The notes under the pieces are model-generated. The model had not been told where the DNA came from. It did no database searches and worked only from the letters and a program-made list of their open reading frames with translations. Below are positions 18,172 to 27,869 of a stretch of 42,288 bases of DNA, in pieces. The DNA comes from a virus (taxonomy: Duplodnaviria; Heunggongvirae; Uroviricota; Caudoviricetes), in the IMG/VR virus record IMGVR_UViG_2778260993_000007, positions 1-42,288 of that record; one strand, written 5' to 3'. Position numbers and translations under genes: made by a program. Each line of letters opens with the position of its first letter. The first letter of the stretch is position 1.

Positions 18172-18464
18172 CAGATTACGAAGACGATCAACTGAAAGAA
18201 GAAAACGCCCGTAAGCAACGTGACATGGTGCAGCGTGAAATTGATGACATTCGCTTTGTCATGAGCAGTGAACAGGGGCGTCGCGTTGTCTGGTCGGTGC
18301 TGGAGAAAGGCCGTGTGTTTTCCGCTATCTCACCGATGGACGCTATGGCAATGGCATTTAATGAGGGGCAACGCAATCTGGCGCTGGAACTGTTTCAGCG
18401 CGTTATGGCGCATTGCCCTGAACAGTATTTGAAGATGGCCAAAGAGGCCAGTGAACAGGAGTGA
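18168..18464 (+). CDS. Hypothetical head-module protein
   Basis: 98 aa, translationally coupled between portal and scaffold genes. Confidence 0.45.
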   Translation: MTDYEDDQLKEENARKQRDMVQREIDDIRFVMSSEQGRRVVWSVLEKGRVFSAISPMDAMAMAFNEGQRNLALELFQRVMAHCPEQYLKMAKEASEQE

Positions 18465-19162
18465 TCATGAATTTATTTGAGCGTTTGCTGTATCGCCGTC
18501 TTTGCAATGAGCAACCAGTCGATGGTGGAGCAGCTCCGGCTGCGTCAGAACCGTCAGCGCCTACAGGTGATAACCCTGCTCCAGTTGGTGATCCATCACA
18601 ACAGGAAGGTGATAAGACACAACCTGTTGCTGATGGCGATAAACCTGCTGATGACAAAAAGCCTGAAAGCGATAAGCAGGGTGAAAAAAATGACGGCGAT
18701 AAACCGGAGGGTGCGCCGGAGAAGTACGAGTTTCAGGCTGCCGAAGGCGTAGAGCTGGATACAGAAGCGTTGAAGGAATTCGAGCCGGTGGCGCGAGGAC
18801 TTAACCTGACCAACGAGCAAGCGCAAAAGCTGGTTGATGCTTATCCGAAGATTCTGGCAGGTGTTCAGCAGCGCCAGGCAGAAGCCTGGCAGAAAACAAC
18901 CGAGCAGTGGGCTGCGGATGTAAAAGCTGACAAAGAAATCGGTGGCGACAAGTTGATTTCTAACCTTAGCGCCGCACAGCGTGCGCTTGACCAGTTCGGG
19001 ACACCTGAACTCAAAGAATATCTGAACACCACCGGGCTGGGTAATCACCCTGATCTGGTCAAAACGTTCGTGAAAATCGGAAAGGCGATGTCTGAAGATG
19101 GCATGGTCACCGGTGGTAATGAAGGCCAGCGTAGTGCGGCCGAAGTGCTCTATGGCAAATAA
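18461..19162 (+). CDS. Scaffolding protein (putative)
   Basis: 233 aa, acidic, Pro/Asp/Lys-rich low-complexity N-terminal half; located immediately before major capsid gene. Confidence 0.55.
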   Translation: MIMNLFERLLYRRLCNEQPVDGGAAPAASEPSAPTGDNPAPVGDPSQQEGDKTQPVADGDKPADDKKPESDKQGEKNDGDKPEGAPEKYEFQAAEGVELDTEALKEFEPVARGLNLTNEQAQKLVDAYPKILAGVQQRQAEAWQKTTEQWAADVKADKEIGGDKLISNLSAAQRALDQFGTPELKEYLNTTGLGNHPDLVKTFVKIGKAMSEDGMVTGGNEGQRSAAEVLYGK

Positions 19163-19176
19163 AAGAGGAAATGACA

Positions 19177-20163
19177 ATGGCTGTTAAAGGCTTAACTGCG
19201 CTAACGCTGGCTGACTGGGGTAAGCGCGTCGATCCAAACGGGAAAGTCGATAAGATTATCGAGCTTCTCGGTCAAACTAACCCGATCCTTCAGGATATGC
19301 CTTTTGTCGAAGGGAACCTTCCTACCGGACACCGAACCACCATTCGTTCTGGTTTACCTTCAGCTACCTGGCGTTTGCTGAACTATGGCGTACAGCCAAG
19401 CAAATCAACCACAGTGCAGGTAACCGATTCCGTTGGCATGCTGGAAACCTATGCGGAAGTCGATAAGTCACTGGCTGATCTGAACGGCAATACCGCCGAA
19501 TTCCGCCTGTCTGAAGACCGCGCATTTATTGAAGCGATGAATCAGCAGATGGCGCAGACGCTGTTTTATGGTGATTCCAGCGTTAACCCTCAGCAGTTTA
19601 TGGGACTGTCCTCCCGCTATTCCAGCCTGTCTGCGGGTAATGCTCAGAACATCATTGATGCTGGTGGCACGGGTACAGATAACACCTCAATCTGGTTAGT
19701 GGTGTGGGGCGAAAACACCGTGCATGGCATCTTCCCGAAAGGGCAGAAGGCTGGCATCCAGATGGAAGATAAAGGCCAGGTGACACTGGAAGATGCTAAT
19801 GGCGGCAAGTACGAAGGCTATCGCACCCATTACAAATGGGATAACGGACTTGCTCTGCGTGACTGGCGTTATGTTGTTCGCATTGCAAACATCGATGTCA
19901 GCAATCTTTCAGAACCTTCCTCTGCCGCAAATATTGCGAAGTTGATGGTTAAAGCACTGCATCGCATTCCAAACCGTGGAATGGGTCGCCCGGTGTTCTA
20001 CATGAACCGCACTGTAGGCCAGGCTCTTGATCTGCAATCTCTGGAGAAAACATCTCTGGCGATCAGCGTAAAAGAGACAGAAGGCGAGTGGTGGACTTCA
20101 TTCCGTGGTGTACCAATCCGTGAAACTGATGCGCTTCTGGAAACAGAAGCCCGCGTGGTGTAA
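19177..20163 (+). CDS. Major capsid protein
   Basis: About 328 aa; second ATG chosen for RBS spacing (GAGGAA); position and size typical of major capsid; followed by small decoration-like genes and a strong terminator. Confidence 0.75.
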   Translation: MAVKGLTALTLADWGKRVDPNGKVDKIIELLGQTNPILQDMPFVEGNLPTGHRTTIRSGLPSATWRLLNYGVQPSKSTTVQVTDSVGMLETYAEVDKSLADLNGNTAEFRLSEDRAFIEAMNQQMAQTLFYGDSSVNPQQFMGLSSRYSSLSAGNAQNIIDAGGTGTDNTSIWLVVWGENTVHGIFPKGQKAGIQMEDKGQVTLEDANGGKYEGYRTHYKWDNGLALRDWRYVVRIANIDVSNLSEPSSAANIAKLMVKALHRIPNRGMGRPVFYMNRTVGQALDLQSLEKTSLAISVKETEGEWWTSFRGVPIRETDALLETEARVV

Positions 20164-20214
20164 CGCCTGTTATTAACCTGTGGGTCGTAACAGACCCACT
20201 AATGGAGAAAGAAG

Positions 20215-20652
20215 ATGATCACCGACAAACTGTTGATATTCTCCGAAGCTCAGGCGGTTACGAATACCGCGGCTTCTACTGACGTAATCGATCTCGGTCC
20301 AATTGACGGAAAACGTCGTGATATCGGCGTGGGTTACCCGCTTGAGTTTTGGGCGCTGGTTAATACAGCCGCCGCAGCAAGCGGTGATGCAACTGTAAAC
20401 ATCCAGTTGCAGACGAGTGAGGATAACAGCTCATGGACCACTATTTATGATAGTGGTGCACTGGCAAAGACCGCCCTGACAGCAGGTAAACGAGTTGTTT
20501 CTGCAAAGGTGCCTGCCGGTGTTCAGCGATATCTGCGTGTTAACTACTCCGTCGCAACTGGTCCACTAACGGCCGGCAAATTCACTGCGGGTATCAGTCT
20601 GGATGTTGATGCCAATACACCGTACCCGATCCGCTCAAAAGTAACTGGTTAA
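20215..20652 (+). CDS. Putative capsid decoration / structural protein
   Basis: 145 aa, Ala/Thr/Val-rich beta-type composition, GAGAAAG RBS. Confidence 0.45.
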   Translation: MITDKLLIFSEAQAVTNTAASTDVIDLGPIDGKRRDIGVGYPLEFWALVNTAAAASGDATVNIQLQTSEDNSSWTTIYDSGALAKTALTAGKRVVSAKVPAGVQRYLRVNYSVATGPLTAGKFTAGISLDVDANTPYPIRSKVTG

Positions 20653-20653
20653 G

Positions 20654-20998
20654 GTGATATCGATGTCAGGTGAGAAACCGAAGTACCGAGTTCTGCGCCT
20701 CTCTCATATCCACAATAACCTGTGGCCGGAGGGCTCTGAAATTGAATATGACGGCGAGCCAGGTAGTGCACTGGAACCCATCAACGATGCAGCGAAGGCG
20801 GCGAAGGCAAAGGTTACAGGTAAAGCAGCAGAAACCGTAACCAGTGCCAAACCCATCAACGATGCAGCCGAAGATGGCGATCTGGATAAGCTCCGTGAAG
20901 AGTACGAATTGCTCTTTAACGAGAAGCCACACCATAACGCCAAAGCCGAAACGCTACGCGAGAAGATCGCAGATAAGCGTAAAGAACTGGGCGTGTAA
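20654..20998 (+). CDS. Hypothetical structural protein
   Basis: 114 aa with internal repeat (PINDAAK... twice). Confidence 0.45.
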   Translation: MISMSGEKPKYRVLRLSHIHNNLWPEGSEIEYDGEPGSALEPINDAAKAAKAKVTGKAAETVTSAKPINDAAEDGDLDKLREEYELLFNEKPHHNAKAETLREKIADKRKELGV

Positions 20999-21014
20999 GC
21001 CTCGCGAATCAGAC

Positions 21015-21037
21015 AAGGGGCTTCGGCCCCTTTATTG
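21015..21037 (+). terminator. Rho-independent terminator after capsid gene cluster
   Basis: GGGGC-TTCG-GCCCC followed by TTTATT. Confidence 0.75.
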
Positions 21038-21054
21038 CAGGAGTATAGAAACTT

Positions 21055-21660
21055 ATGGCCTCTGTAGTAGAGATCTGCAATCGTGCGCTGTCCAATATTG
21101 GCAACAGCCGCAGCATTAACAGCCTGACGGAAGCCAGCAAGGAAGCGGGGGAATGTTCGCTGCACTTTGAGGCCTGCCGTGATGCTGTGCTTTCTGATTT
21201 TGACTGGAACTTTGCTACCAAACGCGTGGCGCTTGCAGATACGAGCAATCCACCGCCTGACTGGGAATATGCGTATCAGTACCCGTCCGATTGTCTGCGC
21301 ATTACTGAAATTATGCTTCCTGGTGTACGCAATCCAACAGCAGCAATGCGCGTTCAGTACGAAGTTGGTGCAGACACCAACGGAACAGGAAAGTTGATCT
21401 ACACAGACCAGCCGCAGGCATGGCTCAAGTATGTCTCTCGCGTTTCAGATGTGAACATGTTTGATGCCATTTTTATGGAGGCGTTGGCCTGGCGTCTTGC
21501 GGCAGCTATTAACATGGCGCTGACTGGGAATGCAGACCTCGGTACATTTGCTCTCAATATGTACAATCGCGTGATTCTTAGTGCTGGCTCGCATAGCCAG
21601 AATGAATCACAGGAACCACAGCCACCGGTTGACGAGTTTACCATTGCGAGGTTGTCCTGA
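21055..21660 (+). CDS. Tail tubular protein A-like (T7 gp11-like)
   Basis: 201 aa; size, position before the large tubular protein B gene and N-terminal pattern resemble gp11. Confidence 0.5.
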   Translation: MASVVEICNRALSNIGNSRSINSLTEASKEAGECSLHFEACRDAVLSDFDWNFATKRVALADTSNPPPDWEYAYQYPSDCLRITEIMLPGVRNPTAAMRVQYEVGADTNGTGKLIYTDQPQAWLKYVSRVSDVNMFDAIFMEALAWRLAAAINMALTGNADLGTFALNMYNRVILSAGSHSQNESQEPQPPVDEFTIARLS

Positions 21661-24131
21661 TGGCTATCAGTTGGATCCAGCCCAGCTTTGCCGGTGGTGA
21701 GATTGGACCGTCGTTGTACGGGCGTATTGACATGGCGAAGTACCAGGTGGCATTGCGCAAGTGCGATAACTTTATCGTGCGGCAGTATGGCGGCGTTGAG
21801 AATCGACCTGGTACGCGTTTTGTCGGTGCCGCCAAATACCCAAATCGGAAATGCCGCCTGATCCCGTTCCAGTTCTCGACGGTTCAGACTTATGCTCTGG
21901 AGTTCGGACACCAGTACATGCGTGTTATCAAAGATGGTGCGTTGGTGCTGAACAGCAGTAATGTTATTTATGAAATTGCCACGCCATATACTGAAGCCGA
22001 TCTGTTCCTAATTAAATTCACGCAAAGCGCAGACGTGCTTACGCTGGTTCATCCGGCATACCCGCCGAAAGAGTTGCGCCGCTATGCGCATGACAACTGG
22101 CAACTGGTTGATGTGGTAACGAAGAACGGGCCATTTGAAGATATCAATATTGACGAGTCAGTGACGGTTTATGCCAGCGCCAGCACCGGGACAATTACGT
22201 TAACGGCAAGCGCCTCTATTTTTGGCGCGGAGCAGGTAGGCAAATTGTTCTATCTGGAACAGCCAGCAGTGGATTCAGTACCGGTATGGGAAACCAGTAA
22301 GAGTACGTCGACTGGCGATATTCGCCGTGCAGACAGTAACTACTATCGCGCCGTTACAGCAGGCAAAACAGGCACTTTGCGCCCTTCGCATACAGAAGGC
22401 ACATCATGGGATGGCTGGGGCGGCTCCGGTGATGATGATACTGGCATTGAGTGGGAGTATCTGCACAGTGGTTTTGGCATTGCCCGTATAACTGCTGTAA
22501 ATGGCACTACTGCAACTGCTGAGGTGATTTCCTATATCCCTTCGCAGGTCGTTGGCGAGGATAATGCCAGCTATAAATGGGCTAAATATGCCTGGAACAG
22601 TGTTAATGGTTATCCTGGCACTGTTGTTTATTATCAACAGCGTCTTTACTTCGCCGCATCGACTGCGTTCCCTCAGACTATCTGGGCCAGCCGTACTGGG
22701 GATTATAAGGATTTTGGCAAAAGCAATCCTACGCAGGATGACGACAGAATTATCTACACCTATGCCGGGCGTCAGGTTAATGAGATCCGCCACCTGATTG
22801 ATGTTGGTTCGCTGGTGGCGCTGACTTCCGGAGGTGAGTACGTCATCACCGGCGACCAGAACAAAGTGTTAACCCCATCATCATTTGCATTCAGCTCTCA
22901 GGGATCAAATGGCTCAAGCAACGTCCCACCAATTGCTGTGGCGAATATTGCTCTGTTCGTCCAGGAGAAAGGCAGTGTTGTCCGTGATCTGGCCTACTCA
23001 TTCGATGTTGATGGCTATCAGGGGAACGACCTTACTATCCTTGCCAATCATCTTTTTCAGAAGCACAGCATTGTTGACTGGTGCTTCTCTATTGTCCCTT
23101 ACTCCAGCGCCTTCTGCATTCGTGATGACGGTAAATTACTGGTGATGACCTATTTGCGTGATCAGCAGGTTTTTGCATGGGCACCACAATCCAGTACCGG
23201 GAAATATGAAAGCACATGCAGTATCAGCGAAGGCAATGAAGATGCGGTGTATTTCGTCGTTAACCGAACCGTTAACGGGCAAACAGTGAGATACATCGAG
23301 CGACTGTCCAGCCGTTTATTTACCAGCGATGAAGATGCTTTCTTTGTTGATTCTGGCCTTAGCTATGATGGAAGAAATACGTCTGACAGAACGATGACCA
23401 TCACTGGTGGTTCTGGTGAATGGGATTACCGCACGGAATATACAATCAGTATTTCTGGTGGTGCGTACTTCACCAGTAGTGATGTCGGCGCGCAACTACA
23501 GTTCCCTTATGCCGGAACTGATCCTAATACTGGCGATGAAGTGTCAAAAGAATTACGTTGCGACATTATTTCTGTAACCAGCAACACCGCTGTAGTGGTT
23601 CGTGCTAACAGGAACGTCCCGCCATCCCTCAGGAATGTGGCCACCACGAACTGGCAGATGGCGCGCCGGGCATTTGGCGGCTTGTCTCATCTTGAAGGTC
23701 AGACCGTAAACATCCTCTCTGATGCGAACGTGGAACCACAGAAAGTGGTTTCCGGAGGTGCCGTCACGCTTGAATCACCAGGGGCTGTAGTGCACATCGG
23801 CCTGCCAATAACTGCTGAATTCGAAACACTGGATATCAACATTAACGGACAGGAAACGCTGCTGGACAAAAAACAGGTGATCCCCTCCGTTACTCTGGTT
23901 GTGAATGCCAGTCGCGGCATCTGGGCGACTACGCCCGGCGGTAAATGGTACGAATATCCACAGCGTGAATTCGAGTTCTACGATGATCCTGTTGATGATG
24001 CTACCGGAAAAGTAGAAGTGAAACTGGACAGTAACTGGGGCAAAAACGGACGTGTAAAAATCCGTCAGCTTGATCCGTTGCCGCTGTCTGTTCTTGCCGT
24101 TATTCCTCGCCTTACTGTTGGGGGATTCTGA
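21660..24131 (+). CDS. Tail tubular protein B-like (T7 gp12-like)
   Basis: 823 aa; size and synteny with gp11-like gene; translational coupling (ATGA). Confidence 0.6.
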   Translation: MAISWIQPSFAGGEIGPSLYGRIDMAKYQVALRKCDNFIVRQYGGVENRPGTRFVGAAKYPNRKCRLIPFQFSTVQTYALEFGHQYMRVIKDGALVLNSSNVIYEIATPYTEADLFLIKFTQSADVLTLVHPAYPPKELRRYAHDNWQLVDVVTKNGPFEDINIDESVTVYASASTGTITLTASASIFGAEQVGKLFYLEQPAVDSVPVWETSKSTSTGDIRRADSNYYRAVTAGKTGTLRPSHTEGTSWDGWGGSGDDDTGIEWEYLHSGFGIARITAVNGTTATAEVISYIPSQVVGEDNASYKWAKYAWNSVNGYPGTVVYYQQRLYFAASTAFPQTIWASRTGDYKDFGKSNPTQDDDRIIYTYAGRQVNEIRHLIDVGSLVALTSGGEYVITGDQNKVLTPSSFAFSSQGSNGSSNVPPIAVANIALFVQEKGSVVRDLAYSFDVDGYQGNDLTILANHLFQKHSIVDWCFSIVPYSSAFCIRDDGKLLVMTYLRDQQVFAWAPQSSTGKYESTCSISEGNEDAVYFVVNRTVNGQTVRYIERLSSRLFTSDEDAFFVDSGLSYDGRNTSDRTMTITGGSGEWDYRTEYTISISGGAYFTSSDVGAQLQFPYAGTDPNTGDEVSKELRCDIISVTSNTAVVVRANRNVPPSLRNVATTNWQMARRAFGGLSHLEGQTVNILSDANVEPQKVVSGGAVTLESPGAVVHIGLPITAEFETLDININGQETLLDKKQVIPSVTLVVNASRGIWATTPGGKWYEYPQREFEFYDDPVDDATGKVEVKLDSNWGKNGRVKIRQLDPLPLSVLAVIPRLTVGGF

Positions 24132-24595
24132 TGATCGATGTTCAAATTATTCCCGCAACCGAAGAGCATCTTCAGATGATTTTGCCGGATGTTCGTCAGG
24201 CTGATATTGACGAACTGTATGCGGTATCACTGATGACTACCGAAGATGCGCTGCGTGTTGGTCTGCGTACTGCGACTATGGCCTGGTCAGGATTTGCGAA
24301 CGGAGAACTGGTAACCATGTTTGGCGTATCTCCGGCGTCAATGATCGGTGGCAATGGTACGCCCTGGCTGGTCGGAACCAGCCGCATCGAAAAATATCAG
24401 AAGACATTTCTTCGCCACTGCCGCCCTGTATTGCAGCAGATGCTGGCAGTTTATCCGCGCTTGGAAAACTATGTCGACGAGCGAAACCATGTTGCCAAAG
24501 CATGGCTGCACTGGCTTGGATTCAGGCTTGAAGAAGCCGCGCCTTATGGTGCTCTTGGTCTTAATTTCCACAGATTTCACATGGAGAGAAAATAA
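24131..24595 (+). CDS. Hypothetical virion protein
   Basis: 154 aa, coupled within tail/internal-protein operon. Confidence 0.45.
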   Translation: MIDVQIIPATEEHLQMILPDVRQADIDELYAVSLMTTEDALRVGLRTATMAWSGFANGELVTMFGVSPASMIGGNGTPWLVGTSRIEKYQKTFLRHCRPVLQQMLAVYPRLENYVDERNHVAKAWLHWLGFRLEEAAPYGALGLNFHRFHMERK

Positions 24596-25161
24596 TGTGT
24601 AACCCAGCCATCGCTTTGGTTGCCGTCACAGTGGCATCCACAGCCGCGTCAATGTACAGCCAGAGCAAGCAGGCAAAATACCAGTCAGCCATAGCTGATC
24701 GGAATGCTGAAATTGCTGAAGCTCAGGCACAGGATTCAATCAATCGTGGGAATATTGAAGCGGATCAGCGTCGTCGTGAAATGCGTCAACGCTCAGGCAC
24801 TGCGGCGGCCACTATGGGGGCTACCGGTGCGGAATTAAGTAGCGGAACAGCTCTTGACGTTTTTGCGGATAATGCTCAGTTCGGCACTCTTGATGCGTTA
24901 ACGACAGTGAATAATGCTCAGCGTGAGGCATATGGGTATCAGGTTCAGGGAATGAATGCTCAGGCACAGGGGGCTGCTGCTCAGTCGGCTGCTAAATCAT
25001 CGATGACCAGCACTTTGTTAACGGCACCACTAAAAGCATACGGTGCATATAAGTTGGGTAGCGGAAGTATCAATCCGATTAGTAAGCAAGGAAACACGCC
25101 AATGTTATCTAACTCAGGTTTTATGAATTCTGACTCCCGATTCAAAATAGGAGGTTACTGA
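24595..25161 (+). CDS. Internal virion protein (gp14-like, membrane-associated)
   Basis: 188 aa; N-terminal hydrophobic segment, Ala/Gln-rich; position before large ejection proteins. Confidence 0.5.
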   Translation: MCNPAIALVAVTVASTAASMYSQSKQAKYQSAIADRNAEIAEAQAQDSINRGNIEADQRRREMRQRSGTAAATMGATGAELSSGTALDVFADNAQFGTLDALTTVNNAQREAYGYQVQGMNAQAQGAAAQSAAKSSMTSTLLTAPLKAYGAYKLGSGSINPISKQGNTPMLSNSGFMNSDSRFKIGGY

Positions 25162-27869
25162 TGCCTGTTGTTCCTACTACATCCGGACGCCAGGTGCAAA
25201 GTCGTGGTGTGCAAACCGGTGGTTTTCAGATCTTCGATGTTCCTCAAGCAGGTCAGGTGCTGGCGAATGTCGCAGATCAGTATGCGGTGGCATATGGTGA
25301 AGCCAGGCAGAAAGCGAATGTTGCATTGTCTCAGGATGCCATCCTTCAGCTTAATCAGCGCAGCAATGAACGTCTTTATAACCCTCAAACCGGTTTTTAT
25401 GCACAACAAGGCAAAAATGCGATTGGTAAGGGGCAAGAGTACATATCTGGATTTGATCAGGATGTGGAAGAAATAGCTGCTTCATTGACTGATGAAGCAG
25501 CAAGAAATATGTTTTTGCAACAAGCCAGAACACAGAAAATTCAGTTCAGTACTGGAGTTCTCAGACATGAGATAGGGCAGACAAATGCCTATGAAGATGA
25601 GCAATATCAGGCAACGAGAAAATTATGGATACAAAATGAAGCGGATGCCTGGAATGACCCGCAAACTGCCACTTTAGCCAGAAATTCCAGAATGGTAGCC
25701 ATTGCCAGATATGGAGCAGCCAGGGGATGGTCACAAGAACGCATTCTGGAAGAAATAGAAAGTGATGATCGCAGTGCCACAGAAATGCGGGCGAAGAATT
25801 ATGCCGCTGCTAATCCAGAAGGATGGCTAAATGGTCTGTTTCAGAAAAATGATTCTGGAGGCATGGACATGCGTGCCATACGCCTTGTTGAATCAGGTGA
25901 TCGACATTTTAATCCTGATGGTAGTCTTCTTGAAGGACCGATAACATCTTCTGGAGAGAGAGCCCAGGGGAAATACCAGTTAATGCCGGGCACAGGGAAA
26001 GAACTGGCGGCCAAGCGTGGCGTTGAATACAACCCTACGGACGAACAACAGCATGAAATGCTCGCCAGTGACTATGTAAATCAACTGTATGGTAAGTACG
26101 GCTCCGAAATATTGACCGGAGCAGCATATAACTGGGGGATGGGTAACGTGGATAAACTGATCGCCAAAGTCGGTGATCCGCGTAAAGGTGAAATATCAGA
26201 AGAAGAATTTATCCGAAATCTTCCATCAGAAACACAAGGGTGGCTTTCCCGATATAGAAAAAATAAAACTGGAATGGATCCGCTGACTATTTATCAAATA
26301 GATAACCTTGCTAATAGTCAGATAGAAAAGCAAAGGAAGTTAATATTAGAACAGCTTGAGCCAGCTATTAATAACACCATGGCCCAGCTATATAACGGTG
26401 AGGTTCCAGATTATATACCGGCTCAGGAGACTATCATCAGGGGGTATGGAAAAAATGCAGATAAAATAATCAATCAACTGGATATAGCGATTGATAACGC
26501 GAGAATATTCCAGGCAATTCAGTATTTACCTCCTTCTCAGCAGCAAGAAGAAATGCAGAAAGTGAAGCCTGAGGTTAACGATCCTCACTATGCGTTAAAA
26601 CTCGATGCTTACGGAAAATTGTCTGCATTGCTTCAGAGATCAAATGAAGCAATTCAGGCGCAACGGGATTCACGCAGATTCAATGAGGCGCTGACAATAG
26701 GTGAAAAATTAGACCCAAGCAACAAGTCAATGCAGAAAGCTGCTGATTACACAGAAATGGCGCAGAACTTTCGTATTAATGATGCCTCCACTCATGATGG
26801 GGTTGTTCGGCTTGTGGCTCAGACTGGCATAATGCCTTCGCAGGTCATCACGCAGCTTTCAGCAGTATCCCGATCCAGCAATCAGGAAGTGGTTAAAAAT
26901 GCGGCGGAACTGTTTAGTCGGTTATATGAAACAGACAATGCATCTATTGGAAATATGCCGAAGGATATGCAGGGTTTTTATCTGACTGTTAAGCAACTAA
27001 CTGATGCAGGGATGTCTTCAGATGCTGCTATTGTGGAAGCGCAGAGTAAGACATACAACCAGACAGATGCACTAAGGGCGCAGCTCTCATCTGTTCAGAG
27101 TACAAGAGAATACAAAAAAGAGCGTGACAGCGCAGCCAATTCTGCTGTCAGCAATATGGCTCATTGGCTTCGCTGGGATCCGTCTGCGGATGACCAGACG
27201 CCGGAAGCAGCGCTCTTTCGCAATGACTATCAGATGCTGTATGACGTTAACTATCGCCTTGCTGGTGGTAACGCTGACGTAGCGAAGCAAATGACCAACC
27301 AGCAGATAGCCCGCACCTGGAGTATCAGCGAGGTCAACGGGGAAGCACAGTTTATGAAATATGCACCGGAGGCGCTTTATCAATATGGGCCGTCAGGCTG
27401 GATTGCAGCGCAATGGAAAGCTGAAAAAGAAAAAATCATGTATGGCGATGACTTGCATAAACCAGCTCCTTCATTTAACCGACCTTCAACTGAGGCTGGT
27501 GCATTGGGACTGAATACACCACGCTCACTGGTTGGAGGTGAGTTGATTCTTGTTCCTGATTTATCAACTCCGAGAGATAAGCTTTATTCAGTTGTGATCA
27601 GAACAAAAGATAAAGATGGTATTACGAGGGATGATTTATTTTATGACAAGCATGGAAGACTGATGCGCTGGGGGCCATCACTAGAAGATTGGGAACCTTA
27701 TAAGAAAATGCAGCAGGAACGGGAGCAGCACGAGCAGGAAGAAATTATGCGTGGACAGGCTATACAAAACTTCAAAGACAAGCATCGTGCTCTGGATGAG
27801 CAGTATCAGCGCCTGCATAACGAACGTATGGACAAATTTAAAGATTACTTTTCGTGGGGATCTAAATAA
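25161..27869 (+). CDS. Internal virion (ejection) protein with lytic transglycosylase domain
   Basis: 902 aa; SLT-type motif region (ESGDRHFNPDG...AQGKYQLMPGT...YNWG). Confidence 0.65.
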   Translation: MPVVPTTSGRQVQSRGVQTGGFQIFDVPQAGQVLANVADQYAVAYGEARQKANVALSQDAILQLNQRSNERLYNPQTGFYAQQGKNAIGKGQEYISGFDQDVEEIAASLTDEAARNMFLQQARTQKIQFSTGVLRHEIGQTNAYEDEQYQATRKLWIQNEADAWNDPQTATLARNSRMVAIARYGAARGWSQERILEEIESDDRSATEMRAKNYAAANPEGWLNGLFQKNDSGGMDMRAIRLVESGDRHFNPDGSLLEGPITSSGERAQGKYQLMPGTGKELAAKRGVEYNPTDEQQHEMLASDYVNQLYGKYGSEILTGAAYNWGMGNVDKLIAKVGDPRKGEISEEEFIRNLPSETQGWLSRYRKNKTGMDPLTIYQIDNLANSQIEKQRKLILEQLEPAINNTMAQLYNGEVPDYIPAQETIIRGYGKNADKIINQLDIAIDNARIFQAIQYLPPSQQQEEMQKVKPEVNDPHYALKLDAYGKLSALLQRSNEAIQAQRDSRRFNEALTIGEKLDPSNKSMQKAADYTEMAQNFRINDASTHDGVVRLVAQTGIMPSQVITQLSAVSRSSNQEVVKNAAELFSRLYETDNASIGNMPKDMQGFYLTVKQLTDAGMSSDAAIVEAQSKTYNQTDALRAQLSSVQSTREYKKERDSAANSAVSNMAHWLRWDPSADDQTPEAALFRNDYQMLYDVNYRLAGGNADVAKQMTNQQIARTWSISEVNGEAQFMKYAPEALYQYGPSGWIAAQWKAEKEKIMYGDDLHKPAPSFNRPSTEAGALGLNTPRSLVGGELILVPDLSTPRDKLYSVVIRTKDKDGITRDDLFYDKHGRLMRWGPSLEDWEPYKKMQQEREQHEQEEIMRGQAIQNFKDKHRALDEQYQRLHNERMDKFKDYFSWGSK

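Noticed and set aside
20704-21165. 153-aa minus-strand ORF overlapping structural genes and the capsid terminator
   Set aside because: Spans a strong plus-strand terminator and two plus-strand genes; Ala/Ser-rich low-complexity product; no RBS.
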